IMG/VR virus record: IMGVR_UViG_3300046779_000458
Span: 1-36,626 of that record
DNA from: a virus
Lineage: Duplodnaviria > Caudoviricetes
DNA length: 36,626 nucleotides
Strand: one strand, 5' to 3'
The notes below the pieces were generated by a model. It did no database searches. It saw only the letters and a list, made by a program, of their open reading frames with translations, and had not been told where the DNA came from. Made by a program: the position numbers and the translations under genes. Below, piece after piece: positions 34,443 through 36,626 of this stretch (position 1 is its first letter; each line of letters starts with the position of its first letter).

Positions 34443-35399
34443 TTAGGCGTTTACAGCGAGAACGAAGCCGGTCTCTGGACGTACAGTCTTAACACCGAAG
34501 AGGGTGTCAGCAGTGTACAGAGTCGACAGGTACTCTTGCTTGTACTGAACTTGTGAGCGAACACCGACTTGCTCAGCAAGAACCATCGTATCACGATGAG
34601 CCAAGATTGCAGCTTTGATGCCATCGCCAACGCTGTTATCAGCAGCGGTCTCAATAACAGGAGCGTTGCTGGTTACATAGATGTCGATGCCATAGAGCGT
34701 ACCGATTTGACCGTTCTGAACACCACGACCATCAACGAAGTCAGAGCTGTTGTAACGATCGATGCCCATGATTGCTTGACGCAATGAAGGAGGAATCGCA
34801 AAGAAACGACCATCCATTGGGGTATCGGCATCGTCAGCCAACTTGATCAAGGCACGGAAACCAGCATCGGTAAATACATCGGATGTGGTTACGGTGTCTA
34901 ATGCGTAGGCGGTTAAGCCAGTCGATGCGTCGATGAAATAGCTGTTGCTATGTGTCCAGTCGGAAGCGTCGCCGTCACCGAAAGACTTGCCCAAGGCAAA
35001 CAAGAGGTCATCAACTTTCTTAGCCAAAGCGTAACCAGCGTCATCCGTGTAGAAACGACGGAGTGAAGCCAATGCCTGAACTTCGACGATGTCCTCGATG
35101 AAACGAGAATACTCGAAGTGCTGGTCGATCGAGACTAATACTTCGGTCTCGGTGTCAGCTTGGATGGTAACTGCGGTGTTAGCTGCTTTAGCAGTAGCTA
35201 CGCCACGGGTTGGCTTTGGAATATGAAGAGTGTCACCCTTCTTGCCACGCATAGACATCTTGTTAACCAAGTTAGCCAATACGAGGTTCTTCTTGTATGC
35301 AGCGATAACTTCGTCACTCCAAATCTCTGGAATAAACTTATCTGCATTTGTCTTGTTGACGATAGATGAACTACCGCCGGGGAATGCTGCTGTTGCCAT
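34443..35399 (-). CDS. Major capsid protein
   Basis: 318 aa after the scaffold; FIPEIWS, KGDTLHIP, G.IG.LYGI.IY.TSN and D.LFGV...RPE patterns; followed by a terminator. Confidence 0.9.
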   Translation of the reverse strand: MATAAFPGGSSSIVNKTNADKFIPEIWSDEVIAAYKKNLVLANLVNKMSMRGKKGDTLHIPKPTRGVATAKAANTAVTIQADTETEVLVSIDQHFEYSRFIEDIVEVQALASLRRFYTDDAGYALAKKVDDLLFALGKSFGDGDASDWTHSNSYFIDASTGLTAYALDTVTTSDVFTDAGFRALIKLADDADTPMDGRFFAIPPSLRQAIMGIDRYNSSDFVDGRGVQNGQIGTLYGIDIYVTSNAPVIETAADNSVGDGIKAAILAHRDTMVLAEQVGVRSQVQYKQEYLSTLYTADTLFGVKTVRPETGFVLAVNA

Positions 35400-35426
35400 T
35401 TTATAAATCTCCTAAATTAATAAGTT

Positions 35427-36239
35427 TTACTTGACCCGCCCTTCAGCGTATGCGGCTAGGATTTCATCCTGTAATGCCATATAACGATCTGGGTCCGTCA
35501 TTTTCAATTTGATAAGGTCAGTTCTGCGATAAATCTTTCTACTGCTTTCGCCAGTGCCGCCGGTATCTACTGCTGCAGCTCTTAATGCAGTTTCTTGAGC
35601 TTTAGCCTGTGTTTCTGCTGCTTGGGTCTTCTTCTCGGTAGTCTGAGTACCTTTAATTGCCTTGTAGGTGCTTAAAAGTTCATCAGCCGAGTTAAAGTCA
35701 AATTCAGCGTCAGCTTTGGTAAACAAATCCACACGAATCGGGCTTGCTTTGACCCACTCATGAAACTCTGCGTTTTGCGCTATGTCCATGAAGTCTGGAT
35801 GCTTTGACTGCAACTTCTGAGCAGTCTGCATTCTCTTAAGTTCGAGTGCTGCTTGTTTAGCTTCAAGTACTGCTGGGTGCTGCTCTACAGTTCGTGCTAC
35901 CGCTTGCTTTGGATCAGCAAAGAAATCTTCTTCTTGAACTGTTTCAGCTGGCTTCGCCTGTTGTTTAGTTTCGAGTTGTTGCTTGAGTAACTGATCGGCT
36001 AGACTACGCACCTCATGTACTTCTTGAGCTTGTCGTCCAATTAGCTTTTCAGCCTCTTGGTGCATCTTCACGATGTCTTCTATTGACTTGCCCTTGTACT
36101 TCTCAGGAATCACTTCCTGCGGTACTGGTTCTGGAGTCTCTTGAGGCTGTGGTGTCTCTTGAGGTTGTTCCGCTGGTTGGTCTATCTGATCGAAGGTTTC
36201 TTCTTGCAGTTCGTCTTGTTCAACAAAGTTTGCAGCCAT
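35427..36239 (-). CDS. Scaffolding protein
   Basis: Acidic Gln/Glu/Pro N-terminus, IPEKYKGKS, C-terminal AYAEGRVK; directly upstream of the capsid gene. Confidence 0.8.
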   Translation of the reverse strand: MAANFVEQDELQEETFDQIDQPAEQPQETPQPQETPEPVPQEVIPEKYKGKSIEDIVKMHQEAEKLIGRQAQEVHEVRSLADQLLKQQLETKQQAKPAETVQEEDFFADPKQAVARTVEQHPAVLEAKQAALELKRMQTAQKLQSKHPDFMDIAQNAEFHEWVKASPIRVDLFTKADAEFDFNSADELLSTYKAIKGTQTTEKKTQAAETQAKAQETALRAAAVDTGGTGESSRKIYRRTDLIKLKMTDPDRYMALQDEILAAYAEGRVK

Positions 36240-36308
36240 ATATTGCTCCTGTCACAAAGTGATTGTAGGATTTATAAAATAACAAAGGTCCGGAAAGGAT
36301 TGACTTCG

Positions 36309-36542
36309 TCACGAATTGAGCTTACGCTCTCTAAGGCGTTTCTCTTCACGCTGTCTAGCCCACCTTGCTGTTGCTTGGGGATGGTCCCCAGAGACAGGGT
36401 CAAGACTAATACGAGGTGCAGAGATCTGCCGATGTGCGTCTTTACCGCACAACTCACAAGGGACTGTGGCTACCTCATAACTAACCAAGTGTTCTTGCGA
36501 GTGTCCACCTTCACAGGTGAAGTCCCAAAGTCTACGAGGCAT
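36309..36542 (-). CDS. Small Zn-ribbon protein (FmdB-like)
   Basis: MP...DFTCEGGH...CELCG...RQISAP. Confidence 0.75.
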   Translation of the reverse strand: MPRRLWDFTCEGGHSQEHLVSYEVATVPCELCGKDAHRQISAPRISLDPVSGDHPQATARWARQREEKRLRERKLNS

Positions 36543-36626
36543 CCTGAGCGTCTCCCGACGAGTCTCGTTGCAATGCTTCGTAAGCCTGTTCTGAGCTTTC
36601 TTTCAGAGTTAGCACCCACTGAAGGA
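36453..36626. repeat. Terminal direct repeat, copy 2
   Basis: Matches 1-174 and lies inside two genes, so it is an assembly overlap rather than a physical terminus. Confidence 0.97.

Noticed and set aside
34345-34445. T7 gp10B-style frameshift fusing the capsid to the fibre
   Set aside because: The fibre frame has TGA (34388-34390) and TAG (34355-34357) between the capsid stop and the ATC, and a terminator lies in between.
976-35369. Many antisense or nested track ORFs inside portal, terminase, helicase, RNR, tail and capsid genes
   Set aside because: They are shadows of well-supported genes, without an RBS or recognisable motifs.
1-36626. Integrase, repressor, RNA polymerase, tRNA, introns or inteins
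   Set aside because: None recognisable; pol, nrdJ, terL and helicase are uninterrupted and of ordinary length.

Overview
The window is an essentially complete, circularly permuted genome (about 36,452 bp plus a 174-bp end overlap) of a lytic podovirus-like tailed phage. A + strand arm (6589-20720) carries many small early genes and a T7-like replication set: primase-helicase, family A DNA polymerase with the Tyr762-type motif B, gp2.5-like SSB, 5'-3' exonuclease, resolvase, RNase H-like nuclease, a DUF3310-like protein and a class II ribonucleotide reductase. A - strand arm (5770 leftward through the window ends to 20792) carries terminase, portal, scaffold, capsid, tail, fibres, ejection and lysis genes. 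The arms diverge from a non-coding control region (5771-6588) and converge at a terminator (about 20768). I found no RNA polymerase, integrase, repressor, tRNA or CRISPR; near-consensus sigma70 promoters appear to drive transcription. Most notable: (1) a 730-codon fibre gene with no ATG/GTG/TTG in its first 301 codons that appears to start at ATC behind a terminator/second-hairpin element; (2) an Asp/Asn beta-hydroxylase-like enzyme plus a cupin inside the virion module, in a genome encoding a collagen with Asp/Asn at the Y positions; (3) a 66-codon T-depleted segment in the polymerase gene; (4) similar RBS-occluding hairpins ahead of late genes; (5) candidate leaderless mRNAs and orphan operator-like motifs. 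All product calls come from motif recognition and synteny by eye, not database searches.
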